DNA of 64,000 bases, from assembly GCA_001629255.1 (NCBI GenBank), contig LURZ01000009.1:20876-84875 (forward strand), read 5' to 3'. The position numbers and the translations under genes are program-made. The notes under the pieces were generated by a model. It searched no databases, was not told the DNA's origin, and saw only the letters and a list, made by a program, of their open reading frames with translations. Of this stretch, positions 39,115 to 47,727 are shown one piece after another. Position 1 is the stretch's first letter; every line of letters begins with the position of its first letter. The stretch is from Marine group II euryarchaeote REDSEA-S42_B7. GTDB taxonomy: Archaea; Thermoplasmatota; Poseidoniia; Poseidoniales; Thalassarchaeaceae.

Positions 39115-40251
39115 TCACTCTTGCAATAGCCAGGACTTGAGTCTCCTCAAACCCTCCATAATGTCCTCTTCATCAACAGCATATGAGATCCTGACAAAAC
39201 CCTCGCCTCCTGTAATTAAAGAGGCCGGGATTAGTTGCACTCCTGCTTCTAATGCCCCATCTGCGAATTCGATATCGGTCATCCCAGTCCCTGTTACGTC
39301 TGCGAATACGTAGAAAGCACCCTCTGGTTCGGGGACCCTTATTCCTGGGATGGAAGATAGCCCTTTTGTCATCAGATTCCTTCTCTTCCTATACTCACTG
39401 TTGAACTCCTGTACCGAGTCCTCGCATTCCAGTGCTACCTTGGCTGCATCCATCATGAATGTCGGGATATGGGATGCTGAGTTGGCCTGGCTCTTCACCG
39501 CTGCTCTCATCGCCTCGCTTGGACCAGTGAGAAAACCTACTCTCATCCCGGTCATAGCCCAAGACTTTGACCAACCATTGACCACAATGGTCCTTTCCTT
39601 CCCTCCTGGAATTGTCGATGGAGAAACGTGAGGCCAATCAACCCAGACCATTCGCCCATAAATCTCGTCAGAAACTATCCACAAGTCGTTCTCAACGGCT
39701 ATATCCACAATCTCCCTGATTTCCTCAGGAGTGAATACGGCTCCAGTTGGATTGCATGGAGAATTGATGAGGATCATTTTGGTCTTCTCAGTTACGGCTT
39801 CTCTAATTGCCTCCAAATCAGGGTGGAAGCTATCCATTTTCACGTTCACATGCACGGGCACTGCTCCGATGAATTCCAGCATCGGTTCGTATGATGCCCA
39901 TGATGGGGAAAGGAGAATAGCTTCGTCTCCTGGCATAGTTGTAATCAAGAATGAGTACAGAAGAGCCTGCTTCGCCCCGGGAGTCACTACGATATCATCT
40001 GCCTCTGCCTCGATGTCATGGTGGATTCTGAGGTATTCGGAAACGGCATTGCATAGTTCTAGTGAACCCGGTCCTCTGGTGTACTTCGTCTTCCCTTCTT
40101 CGAGACCCCTAATCGCAGCATCGACGATAGGGGATGGAGTTTCGAAACCGGGTTCGCCGACGGTCCATCTGACGACCTCGGGCCCCGGAGGCTGGAGATA
40201 AGGGGCGAAACCGACACCGAGGCCCTCGAAGCGGGAAGACACATGAGGCAT
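39115..40251 (-). CDS. class I/II PLP aminotransferase (aspartate aminotransferase-like)
   Basis: It has the PLP-lysine motif NGWSKSWAMTGMRVG plus SPCNPTG. The ATG at 40251 (MPHVSSRF...) lies within track ORF 39115..40308. Confidence 0.9.
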   Translation of the reverse strand: MPHVSSRFEGLGVGFAPYLQPPGPEVVRWTVGEPGFETPSPIVDAAIRGLEEGKTKYTRGPGSLELCNAVSEYLRIHHDIEAEADDIVVTPGAKQALLYSFLITTMPGDEAILLSPSWASYEPMLEFIGAVPVHVNVKMDSFHPDLEAIREAVTEKTKMILINSPCNPTGAVFTPEEIREIVDIAVENDLWIVSDEIYGRMVWVDWPHVSPSTIPGGKERTIVVNGWSKSWAMTGMRVGFLTGPSEAMRAAVKSQANSASHIPTFMMDAAKVALECEDSVQEFNSEYRKRRNLMTKGLSSIPGIRVPEPEGAFYVFADVTGTGMTDIEFADGALEAGVQLIPASLITGGEGFVRISYAVDEEDIMEGLRRLKSWLLQE

Positions 40252-40414
40252 GCCTTTCACACCGGCACCCACCCAATGAAGGTATGCCGAAACGCGGACA
40301 GCCTTCAAGAAAGAAAGTACGGTCGGCGTGATGAAGCACGAGTGGCAGAGCAGCTATGCAATGGACTGCAGATCCATGGACCCGGGTGCAAATCCCGGCT
40401 CGTGCTCCACCTAT

Positions 40415-41476
40415 TCACAGACCTGATATCTGTACTACCATGAACGCTGCTGATATCACTATTGCAACCATCACGAAGAAACGATCGAAGCCCCTCGAAT
40501 CGAGCGGCTCACCCTGGAAGGTCATGCCGTCCTCGATGCCCTCGTCTCTGAGCCTTAGGTAGACCAGGAGGAATATGAGCATGGTCGCTGGTCCCGAAAT
40601 CGCATCCATCTCATTCTGCTCTGAGAACTGTCTAATGGGGCCAAAGACGAAACCGAAGTAGTTGGCTATCGTCACGGTAAGGAAAGCGAAAAGTGCAGGG
40701 TGTGCCACTACCCACATCCCCCTAGCCCCTTGGGTCAGGATAACGACTGCCCATAGCACGTAAGTCAGTAGAAGAGCACCAGTGAAGGCTACAGTTACTT
40801 TTGTAGGAGCTAGTAGACCATCCTCCCACGATCCTGGAATGACCGCGTCAATTACGGATTCCGGGTCAGCGATCTGCCTGAACACGTAGAACATTCCCGT
40901 GGCGATTACTACTACCAGACCCATCAGAGCCACTGGGTCTTTGATGCTGATACCGAACGAGAGTGAGTCCAAGCCCTCGTCAACCTCGTCCTCCGTACGA
41001 AGCATCATGTACGCGCCGGCATAAGCCAAGGTCACGATAGGAGTGAGGAACTTGGGGGCCTCGCTAGACTCGCTAGAATCATTCCAGAAAATCCAGATCA
41101 CCGCGCTAGCAACGACTAGTCCGACTAGAACGGGGAGCATCACCTTCCACATGCCACGAGCACCCTCATTGAGAATCAGCATGGTCGACATGAAAATACC
41201 GAACATCAGGATGCCGTTGAACGCGAACTCTGGCGCGCCAGCACCGAAGGCCGGATCACCAGTTTGGGCACCTTGGAACGGGGTAATACCATTGTCAAGC
41301 AAGGTGAAGCATCCAACTCCAATGCTCGATTCCCCTCCAGTAGTGTAACACGCCGAGAAGAACATGAAGTTCAACGAGTAAACCAGTGTTACCAGGGCAG
41401 TCAGAAGAAGCAGTGCTTCGCCGGGCGTCGATTTTATCCTCTCAAAAACTAAGGCCATTAATAACTCACTCACCAT
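40415..41476 (-). CDS. polytopic membrane protein with internal duplication, hypothetical
   Basis: It is 353 aa with about 10 hydrophobic helices. The motif is repeated as NEGARGMWKV and TQGARGMWVV. I saw no retinal-lysine or transporter signature. Confidence 0.65.
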   Translation of the reverse strand: MVSELLMALVFERIKSTPGEALLLLTALVTLVYSLNFMFFSACYTTGGESSIGVGCFTLLDNGITPFQGAQTGDPAFGAGAPEFAFNGILMFGIFMSTMLILNEGARGMWKVMLPVLVGLVVASAVIWIFWNDSSESSEAPKFLTPIVTLAYAGAYMMLRTEDEVDEGLDSLSFGISIKDPVALMGLVVVIATGMFYVFRQIADPESVIDAVIPGSWEDGLLAPTKVTVAFTGALLLTYVLWAVVILTQGARGMWVVAHPALFAFLTVTIANYFGFVFGPIRQFSEQNEMDAISGPATMLIFLLVYLRLRDEGIEDGMTFQGEPLDSRGFDRFFVMVAIVISAAFMVVQISGL

Positions 41477-41502
41477 CCGAATATAATCTATTAGGGTACA
41501 TT

Positions 41503-42456
41503 CTAGGTGGAGAAGGGGAGATTCTCAGGGTCTACGTTGCCACCACACAGGATTATTCCAATCGATCCGATGCCCTCCTTTGCTCGGAACTCCTCCTTCA
41601 GAACCGCGGCCAGGGAGATGGCCCCGCTGGGTTCCACGATCATCCCGAATTCTTCGTGAATCAGCGACATTGCCTCTAGAACAGCATTGTCACTGACGGT
41701 GACAATTTCTTCTACGTGGCTCTTGATGATTGGCCACGTCTTCTCGCCCATGCTGGTCAACAGACCATCACAGATAGTATCGGGACCTGTCTGGGGCATA
41801 TACTCCCCGGCCTCCAGAGACCTAGCAGCATCGTCAGCCCCTTCTGGCTCCGCTCCGAAAATACGGGCTTCCGGAAGCAGAGCTCTAGTGGAAATGCAGG
41901 TCCCAGACATTAGGCCACCTCCGCCTATAGGGGACAAGATGGCGTTGAGGGTCTCACAATCCTCAATCATCTCCTTGGCTGCAGTTCCCTGTCCGGCTAT
42001 GACGCTGAGGTTGTCAAAAGGATGGATGAAGGTCGCCCCGGTCCTTTCAAGCACCGAATTCGCAGTAGAAATCCTCGCATCCAGGTTAGGCTCGCAGAGG
42101 ATCACCTCTGCACCATGGCTAATGACGCCGTTGATCTTAACCTTGGGAGCGTTGTTAGGCATCACGATGTAAGCAGGGACTCCCCTCTGCTTTGCAGCCA
42201 AAGCGACTGCCTGTCCATGGTTCCCGCTGCTGTGAGTGCAAAGACCATCCTCTGCGTCGTCCCCGAGGACTCTTAACGCATTAGAAGCCCCTCGGAATTT
42301 GAACGCCTTGACGTGTTGGGCATTCTCACACTTCATGAAAACCTTCCTTCCAGCGATTTCGTCAATTTTCGCGGAATTTACAACTGGAGTCCTCACGATT
42401 ACTCCTTCGAGCGCTTTAGCAGCCTCGACGATATCGGAGAACGCAACTTCTTCCAT
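41503..42456 (-). CDS. threonine/serine dehydratase (PLP beta-family; serine-racemase-like, no ACT domain)
   Basis: It has the PLP-lysine motif VKAFKFRGA, SSGNHGQA and a glycine-rich loop PIGGGGLMSG. Confidence 0.85.
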   Translation of the reverse strand: MEEVAFSDIVEAAKALEGVIVRTPVVNSAKIDEIAGRKVFMKCENAQHVKAFKFRGASNALRVLGDDAEDGLCTHSSGNHGQAVALAAKQRGVPAYIVMPNNAPKVKINGVISHGAEVILCEPNLDARISTANSVLERTGATFIHPFDNLSVIAGQGTAAKEMIEDCETLNAILSPIGGGGLMSGTCISTRALLPEARIFGAEPEGADDAARSLEAGEYMPQTGPDTICDGLLTSMGEKTWPIIKSHVEEIVTVSDNAVLEAMSLIHEEFGMIVEPSGAISLAAVLKEEFRAKEGIGSIGIILCGGNVDPENLPFST

Positions 42457-42518
42457 GTATTATCAGGCTTCGCAGATGAGAGCAATACATCATTACTGCG
42501 GCTCGACCTGGTCATTAC

Positions 42519-42932
42519 ATGGTAAGCCAAAGCGAGCCGCAGTGGAAGCCGCATGCAGTCACAGCCGTGCTGTTGATTCTCGATGCCCTAGTGTTCGGCG
42601 TCGCACCGAGCGGACCTTGGGACGACTCCAGTTTTTCCAGAGGAGTAATCGGTCTTATAGGGGCATCCTTAGCCTATGTGGCTTGGTATCGTCGAACATT
42701 CAAGAGAAAGGGACTAGTCCCTTGGATTGACCTTTGGGAGAAACCAGAGGAGTCCGCCAGACTAGTTCTATATGCCTCCATAGGATTTCTAGCAATTTCC
42801 TGGGTAGCTGGAAATCCAATGCAACCTCACCTTCCTGATCCAACCGGGCTCATCTTGGTTCTAATTGGACTCCTTCTGAGTCTCCAGGCCGTATACGTAT
42901 ACCTCGTCATAGGCCCTCTAAAAGAGGAGTGA
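42519..42932 (+). CDS. small membrane protein, hypothetical
   Basis: It is 137 aa with 4 hydrophobic helices. Confidence 0.5.
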   Translation: MVSQSEPQWKPHAVTAVLLILDALVFGVAPSGPWDDSSFSRGVIGLIGASLAYVAWYRRTFKRKGLVPWIDLWEKPEESARLVLYASIGFLAISWVAGNPMQPHLPDPTGLILVLIGLLLSLQAVYVYLVIGPLKEE

Positions 42933-42933
42933 A

Positions 42934-43473
42934 CTACCTCTTCCCGGGTTTCCAGAACTGCAGAGGTAGCGGGGAGTCTCCTTTCATAGCCCTGAACGCT
43001 AGATGATCAGCTCGCTCATTCCACCTATGACCGATGTGAGCAGGCACATGCTCACCACTCAGCATTATCAGGCCAGATACTTCCCTCCATAAAGAACTCA
43101 CTCTCCTTGCTAATTCTTGATTTGCCTTCGCCTCCCAAGTCCCCGAGGCTATATTCAAAGCATAAGTCGAGTCACTCCTCACTATTGCTGCCCCTACTTC
43201 CTTCTCCAGAATAACCCACCTCAGAGCATGGGCGATGGCCGATAGCTCGGCGGTGTTGTTAGAACCCACTTCGGCACCCAAAAACCCATCATCCTCTGGA
43301 TTTGTGACGACATGTCCAAATGATTCCGTCAAGAGACTCCCCTTACCATTTCCAGACCCGGTATCCTCTGAGATTACACAGAACCCCCATCCAGCTTTGG
43401 TATCTGATGTAACATTACGATTCTCTCCACATGAACCGTCAACGTAGATGTGTACCGGCCGAGTAGACCCCAT
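42934..43473 (-). CDS. rnhA: ribonuclease HI
   Basis: Motifs are VHIYVDGSC, NNTAELSAIAHAL, SDSTYAL and HRWNERADHLA (the DEDD set). The ATG at 43473 lies 2 nt after the gcvH stop. The track ORF extends to 43563, overlapping gcvH. Confidence 0.85.
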   Translation of the reverse strand: MGSTRPVHIYVDGSCGENRNVTSDTKAGWGFCVISEDTGSGNGKGSLLTESFGHVVTNPEDDGFLGAEVGSNNTAELSAIAHALRWVILEKEVGAAIVRSDSTYALNIASGTWEAKANQELARRVSSLWREVSGLIMLSGEHVPAHIGHRWNERADHLAFRAMKGDSPLPLQFWKPGKR

Positions 43474-43475
43474 GG

Positions 43476-43871
43476 TCACTCTCCGATAAGTTTGGAGTAA
43501 CTGCCTGCATCCAGAAGCCCACTCAGATCCAAATCGGGACCTACCTTGATTTTGCATATCCAACCCGAGCCATATGGGTCCTCGTTTATCTGCTCTGGCG
43601 AATCTTCCAGAGAATGGTTGACTTCGGTTACGGTACCGGCGACAGGGGCATAAATCTCGCTAACTGACTTCACAGATTCGACACTCGCAAAAGACTCCAT
43701 CGCACTCACCTCGATGTCAGTTTCGGGTAGCTCGACCCAAACCACCTCAGTTAGGGCATTCTGGGCAAAGTCAGTTATTCCTATGCTCACCTCGTCTCCT
43801 TCAACTCTAACCCACTCATGCTCCTCAGTGTATTTCAGCTCTTCAGGAACCTCTCCCATACCATCTACCAT
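43476..43871 (-). CDS. gcvH: glycine cleavage system protein H
   Basis: It has the lipoyl-lysine motif VESVKSVSEIYAPVAGTV and an N-terminal YTEEHEWV. Confidence 0.9.
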   Translation of the reverse strand: MVDGMGEVPEELKYTEEHEWVRVEGDEVSIGITDFAQNALTEVVWVELPETDIEVSAMESFASVESVKSVSEIYAPVAGTVTEVNHSLEDSPEQINEDPYGSGWICKIKVGPDLDLSGLLDAGSYSKLIGE

Positions 43872-43910
43872 TCTACCCGTGCAGCGGACATGGGGTCAAG
43901 TTTTCGCTCC

Positions 43911-44267
43911 CTACTCCTCACTGTGTTTTGACTCCAGGTGCTCCATCTCCATCCTTGCCCATTTGGAACTAAGACCCTGCATGCTGGCCTCCTCCCTCTC
44001 TTTCTCTAACCTAGATATCATAGCCTCTTCGGCTTCTCTACTGATCATTGAGTCTGTAGGCCATCTCCCGTGTTCCTTCCCCCTGCCCGCTGCTAGTGAG
44101 ACAAGAAGAACCGATGCTAAGACAGCGGTTGCACAGACTACCGAGAAGACTCCGAACTCTGAAAAATCAGTGAATCTACCATCTACGACTGCAATGGATG
44201 TCACCGCCAACAGACAGAGAATGAATCCCGACAGGAGCCTGCTCATCCTTGAAGCCGGAGAATCCAT
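43911..44267 (-). CDS. membrane protein with charged helical tail, hypothetical
   Basis: It is 118 aa with 2 TM helices followed by a Glu/Arg-rich helix. Confidence 0.5.
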   Translation of the reverse strand: MDSPASRMSRLLSGFILCLLAVTSIAVVDGRFTDFSEFGVFSVVCATAVLASVLLVSLAAGRGKEHGRWPTDSMISREAEEAMISRLEKEREEASMQGLSSKWARMEMEHLESKHSEE

Positions 44268-44313
44268 GGCTTCACGAATTCGACACTTCCAATCAACTTG
44301 ACCTAAGTTAGCA

Positions 44314-44892
44314 TCACAACTCTTGGATTAACTTGTGAATCTTGTATGGAAGTAGGGACCTGTTTACTGGAGTCACCTCCAGTATTCGAGCGTCGGCCCT
44401 CCTCCTGATATCCTGCAATAGAGGGTGGCGACTTTTTTTGTGAAGAGTCAGCAGAGTAGGTAGGTCGTGCTGCAATGCCAACCTAACAGAATTGACGAAA
44501 CCCTCGCTTTCAACAGTGAACTTCCCGACCTCGTCTATCACTAGGATCTCACAGTTTCCTATACTGTCAATTATCGCAGGGACCCCAACCCTTTCGATTT
44601 CACTTGGGTCTATGCCGAAACCAAGTATCCGATTCCTAGAGTCTATTTCTCTATGGGCCATCACTCCCTTCTCACCGGTAAGAATGTTTACGCAGGCATA
44701 TCCGACCCTCTCTCCGTTCTCAATTACTGGCTCGCACCTCATGCCCCCAATAATGTGCTCAGGGGGATTGGGCCCCTTGGTCCTCCTGAAGCCACTACCC
44801 TCTTCGGAGATCATGTCTACAACTTTCTGAAGTACAGCCGACTTTCCCGAGCGTGGGAGACCAGTAATTCCGATCTTTGGATTGATTCCCAT
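44314..44892 (-). CDS. THEP1/MJ1559-like nucleoside-triphosphatase
   Basis: It has Walker A (ITGLPRSGKS) and Walker B (ILVIDEVGKF). It is about 190 aa. Confidence 0.8.
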   Translation of the reverse strand: MGINPKIGITGLPRSGKSAVLQKVVDMISEEGSGFRRTKGPNPPEHIIGGMRCEPVIENGERVGYACVNILTGEKGVMAHREIDSRNRILGFGIDPSEIERVGVPAIIDSIGNCEILVIDEVGKFTVESEGFVNSVRLALQHDLPTLLTLHKKSRHPLLQDIRRRADARILEVTPVNRSLLPYKIHKLIQEL

Positions 44893-45035
44893 GCTACTCT
44901 CCTAAATGCATTCCAAGTTCGGAACGTCCCGCGTATGCAAACCATGGATATTAATCCATTCTCGATATGGGTGGTTTTCCGGAACTAGGAAAACGAAATC
45001 CGAAATCTGCAAATTGTCGTAGGTCCGTTATCCCT

Positions 45036-46991
45036 CTAGGCAGGCACTCCAAACTCTCCGCCCTCTATTTCGAACGGTAGAGTCTCGATTTCGTAGTTAT
45101 TCACATTGTTATTTGCCGCCCACGCTTTGGACCACAGGTCTAGATCTTCTGAATTCAGTTGACTAGCAAGGACTCTCAAACCCTCTTCAATGGTTCCGAA
45201 CCTATCCTTTAGCCGCTCTGTAACCTCGCGAGGCAGATCGAGGAAGCTTACCGAGTTCCCGATAACGCAGCCTTCCGGAACGACCGCCCACACTAATCTC
45301 CTCTCAGAGTTAGGATTCACCACCGCCTGACAGGCGATTCTAGACTGGACGGCCATATTTTTCGGTCCTGACCACCCAGAACTATTTGTCTCTAGCTCGC
45401 CTATATTGTTGGCATTGAAAGCGGGGTGTCTAATCACCCCTCTACCATCCTCGAAATGGATGTGAGACGCCCTTATGAACGGAAGTAGACCCTCTCTCCA
45501 TTCGCATATCTCGTCCTCCCAGGTAGATCTCTCAACCTCCCCTACTTTGACTTTGATGACTCTAGTACTCGGATTCAAGCCCGTTCCATCTTCAACCAGA
45601 CGAGGCTTATCGGCTAGTTTTCCTATTGCTGCCAAGGTCCTAGTCCTTTCAATCGGAGATCTGGGCATCTTTGGTACTGCCCATGATGCATCCGTCCATG
45701 AGGACCATGGCCCTCTATCTAACTCAAAGAACGGAGCATCGGACACAAGTCCATTGCCCGACGAGAGGTCATTGGTCTGCAGAGGTCCGAAGCTGGTTAG
45801 GACATCGGTTTCCTCTCCAACTGTGACACCGATCACAGATACTCCTTGTGAACCTCCAAAAAGCAACTTCTGATCTTCTGGAAATGACCAAACTGAATCC
45901 CATTGGTTTGACTCAACAAGCAGTTTTCTAAGCGGCAGGCTGCTTTTTTCTCTCAGAACCGAACTGGGCACTACCAGTCTTGCCCTTCCTCCTTTCTGAC
46001 ACAGCTGCATTGATCTTTCGATGTAAAGTCTGTATAGGTTAACATTCCCTTTGATTGCTGAAAATCTGGTTCTTCCATCTGATTCCTTGAACTCCCTTAG
46101 TTGGCAAGAAAGCCTCTTTCTAAGAGCACTCCCATCTGGATGTCCTCTGAACCTATCCTTGATTCTGAGCCACGGAGGGCGTGAAACTAGAAGCATTGGG
46201 CCTTCGTTCCAGGGCCACTCGCCAAGTAGAGGATCAACACAACGCACGTTACTCTCGATAATCATCTCTGCCTCACTGAGACCAATCTTTCCTTCGTTCC
46301 CTTCTCCATCCAGGTCTACAAGGTCTAGCCTGGCAAGAACAATTACGATTCTCTTCCTCGCCGAAGTGACTGCCACCTCGGAACTGTCAACCAACTGTAG
46401 TCCCTCCAAGAGTCGCAGAGTGTCTTCTCTCCTCTCAGTCGGCGTTTTTCCTGAAATTCTTTCAGAGTGTATCCTCAATATTCTCTCAACGAAGAGACCG
46501 CCCCCCACACAAGGGTCTGCGAACGGAATCGGAATTCCCGACATCGTTCTGTTATCCATTTCCGGACTGTCGCTTTTGGAGTCCCCATTCTCATCGATGT
46601 TCTCATTAATCTGCTTCGCAAAGCCTCTGAAGCTGGGTGGAAGAGCAGCTAGAGAGAGTGTAGCGGGAGGTTCTTTCTTCTTACCTCTTCCATGGCGCAA
46701 TTCGTCGTACAGTATTGCATCGACAAAACGTGCTGGAGGTGCGTAAACTCCCCTCGGGGAACGCCCATCGCTCTGGGCATCATACCTAGCGATTAGGTGA
46801 TCTAGAACTGTTCCTGGGTTGCTGAGTAGACCTGCGGGAAGAGTCGGCCAATTGTTTGGAAGAGTAGCTGCTATAGGGAGACCTTTCTTTGTTGCCTCAA
46901 GCCATGAATCGAGCCAAGTTCCGATCTGTTGGGTCCTCTCTGGACACTCATGATCTAGTCTCGCATACCACCCAGAAGTTTCGCTTGTCAT
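45036..46991 (-). CDS. gamma-class (Eco57I/TaqI-like) N6-adenine methyltransferase-like protein with atypical motif IV and a long C-terminal region
   Basis: Motifs are GVYAPPARFVD (motif X-like), FADPCVGGGLFV (motif I-like) and LLVSRPPWLRI (motif IV-like, with Arg where Asn/Asp is expected). NLYRLYIERSMQLCQKGGRARLVVPSSVL is motif V-VI-like. I saw no PD-(D/E)xK motif. Confidence 0.65.
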   Translation of the reverse strand: MTSETSGWYARLDHECPERTQQIGTWLDSWLEATKKGLPIAATLPNNWPTLPAGLLSNPGTVLDHLIARYDAQSDGRSPRGVYAPPARFVDAILYDELRHGRGKKKEPPATLSLAALPPSFRGFAKQINENIDENGDSKSDSPEMDNRTMSGIPIPFADPCVGGGLFVERILRIHSERISGKTPTERREDTLRLLEGLQLVDSSEVAVTSARKRIVIVLARLDLVDLDGEGNEGKIGLSEAEMIIESNVRCVDPLLGEWPWNEGPMLLVSRPPWLRIKDRFRGHPDGSALRKRLSCQLREFKESDGRTRFSAIKGNVNLYRLYIERSMQLCQKGGRARLVVPSSVLREKSSLPLRKLLVESNQWDSVWSFPEDQKLLFGGSQGVSVIGVTVGEETDVLTSFGPLQTNDLSSGNGLVSDAPFFELDRGPWSSWTDASWAVPKMPRSPIERTRTLAAIGKLADKPRLVEDGTGLNPSTRVIKVKVGEVERSTWEDEICEWREGLLPFIRASHIHFEDGRGVIRHPAFNANNIGELETNSSGWSGPKNMAVQSRIACQAVVNPNSERRLVWAVVPEGCVIGNSVSFLDLPREVTERLKDRFGTIEEGLRVLASQLNSEDLDLWSKAWAANNNVNNYEIETLPFEIEGGEFGVPA

Positions 46992-47051
46992 AAGTAGTCG
47001 CGCGATTCGCTCTTCGTGTTTGAATGGTTGTATTGATTACGACCACGATTA

Positions 47052-47657
47052 TCATGAGCTTATGACAAAAACATCTCTTTCTATCTCAATAATCTCGTTC
47101 TTCTGAAGAAGCCAAGATATCGACTCATCAATGTCCTCTGCGGTTATCCCGGGAGACTCCATTAACCGAATTATATTGTCGAAATGCAAACTCTCCCCCT
47201 TCTCATTTGCCTCCTCTATTACAATCAGAATCTTTTGACTAATGTAAGCCAGCAAGAGGTCATCATCAGTCGAAAGCGTTCCGAGGTCAACTAATGGCAC
47301 GCCATCAGTCTCCCTTCCTTCGGCATGTGGGGCCTCCTCCGATGGACCGTATACGTCGAACAGATTCCGCTGGTTTGGATCTGGCAACTGAGATGTTCCA
47401 GCGCTCTCCCTTCTCCTGCTCATCTGTTTGGAAAGATTCTCTATTCTATGGAGTCTCTGCTCGTACCTGAGCTTCTCCCTGCCGAGATGTGACTCCAGCA
47501 GTTCCAACTCTTCATGGGCCCTTTCGTCTAGCCACTTAAATAAGTCCCAGTTTGGATTTTTGCGTAGCATTGACTCCCATAGAAGCGATACGGACTCCGG
47601 TAGTGTTTTTATGTCGATTTTCGGTCCGCCCTTATCCTCTTCTGAGTTGGTACCCAT
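47052..47657 (-). CDS. hypothetical protein with coiled-coil N-terminus and wHTH-like C-terminus
   Basis: It is 201 aa. The C-terminal ~70 aa (LLLAYISQKILIVIEEANEKGESLHFDNIIRLMESPGITAEDIDESISWLLQKNEIIEIERDVFVI) has a winged-helix-like pattern. It has no TM helix. Confidence 0.5.
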   Translation of the reverse strand: MGTNSEEDKGGPKIDIKTLPESVSLLWESMLRKNPNWDLFKWLDERAHEELELLESHLGREKLRYEQRLHRIENLSKQMSRRRESAGTSQLPDPNQRNLFDVYGPSEEAPHAEGRETDGVPLVDLGTLSTDDDLLLAYISQKILIVIEEANEKGESLHFDNIIRLMESPGITAEDIDESISWLLQKNEIIEIERDVFVISS

Positions 47658-47727
47658 ATTCGGTTGTCAACTTGACCGTCTATCAATTATCTGCTCTGTC
47701 AGAAAACCTCTCATTGGGGTTGGATTG

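Noticed and set aside
40415-41476. The possibility that the polytopic membrane protein is a proteorhodopsin, as is common in planktonic archaea.
   Set aside because: It has too many helices (~10). I found no DxxxK / retinal-Lys helix-G context and no RYxDW-type motif.
42236-42730. A 164-aa plus-strand ORF spanning the 5' end of the threonine dehydratase gene and the spacer.
   Set aside because: Its first ~220 nt are antisense to the dehydratase gene, and the rest overlaps in a different frame the 137-aa membrane-protein ORF (42519..42932). Its translation lacks features, and the 137-aa membrane-protein ORF is the better model.
44974-44994. A 7-bp-stem hairpin (gttttcc-ggaacta-ggaaaac) between the MTase-like gene and the NTPase gene, considered as a terminator.
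   Set aside because: The stem is short and no oligo-T tract follows on the transcribed (minus) strand. Archaeal terminators are mainly T-runs, so this is too weak to call.
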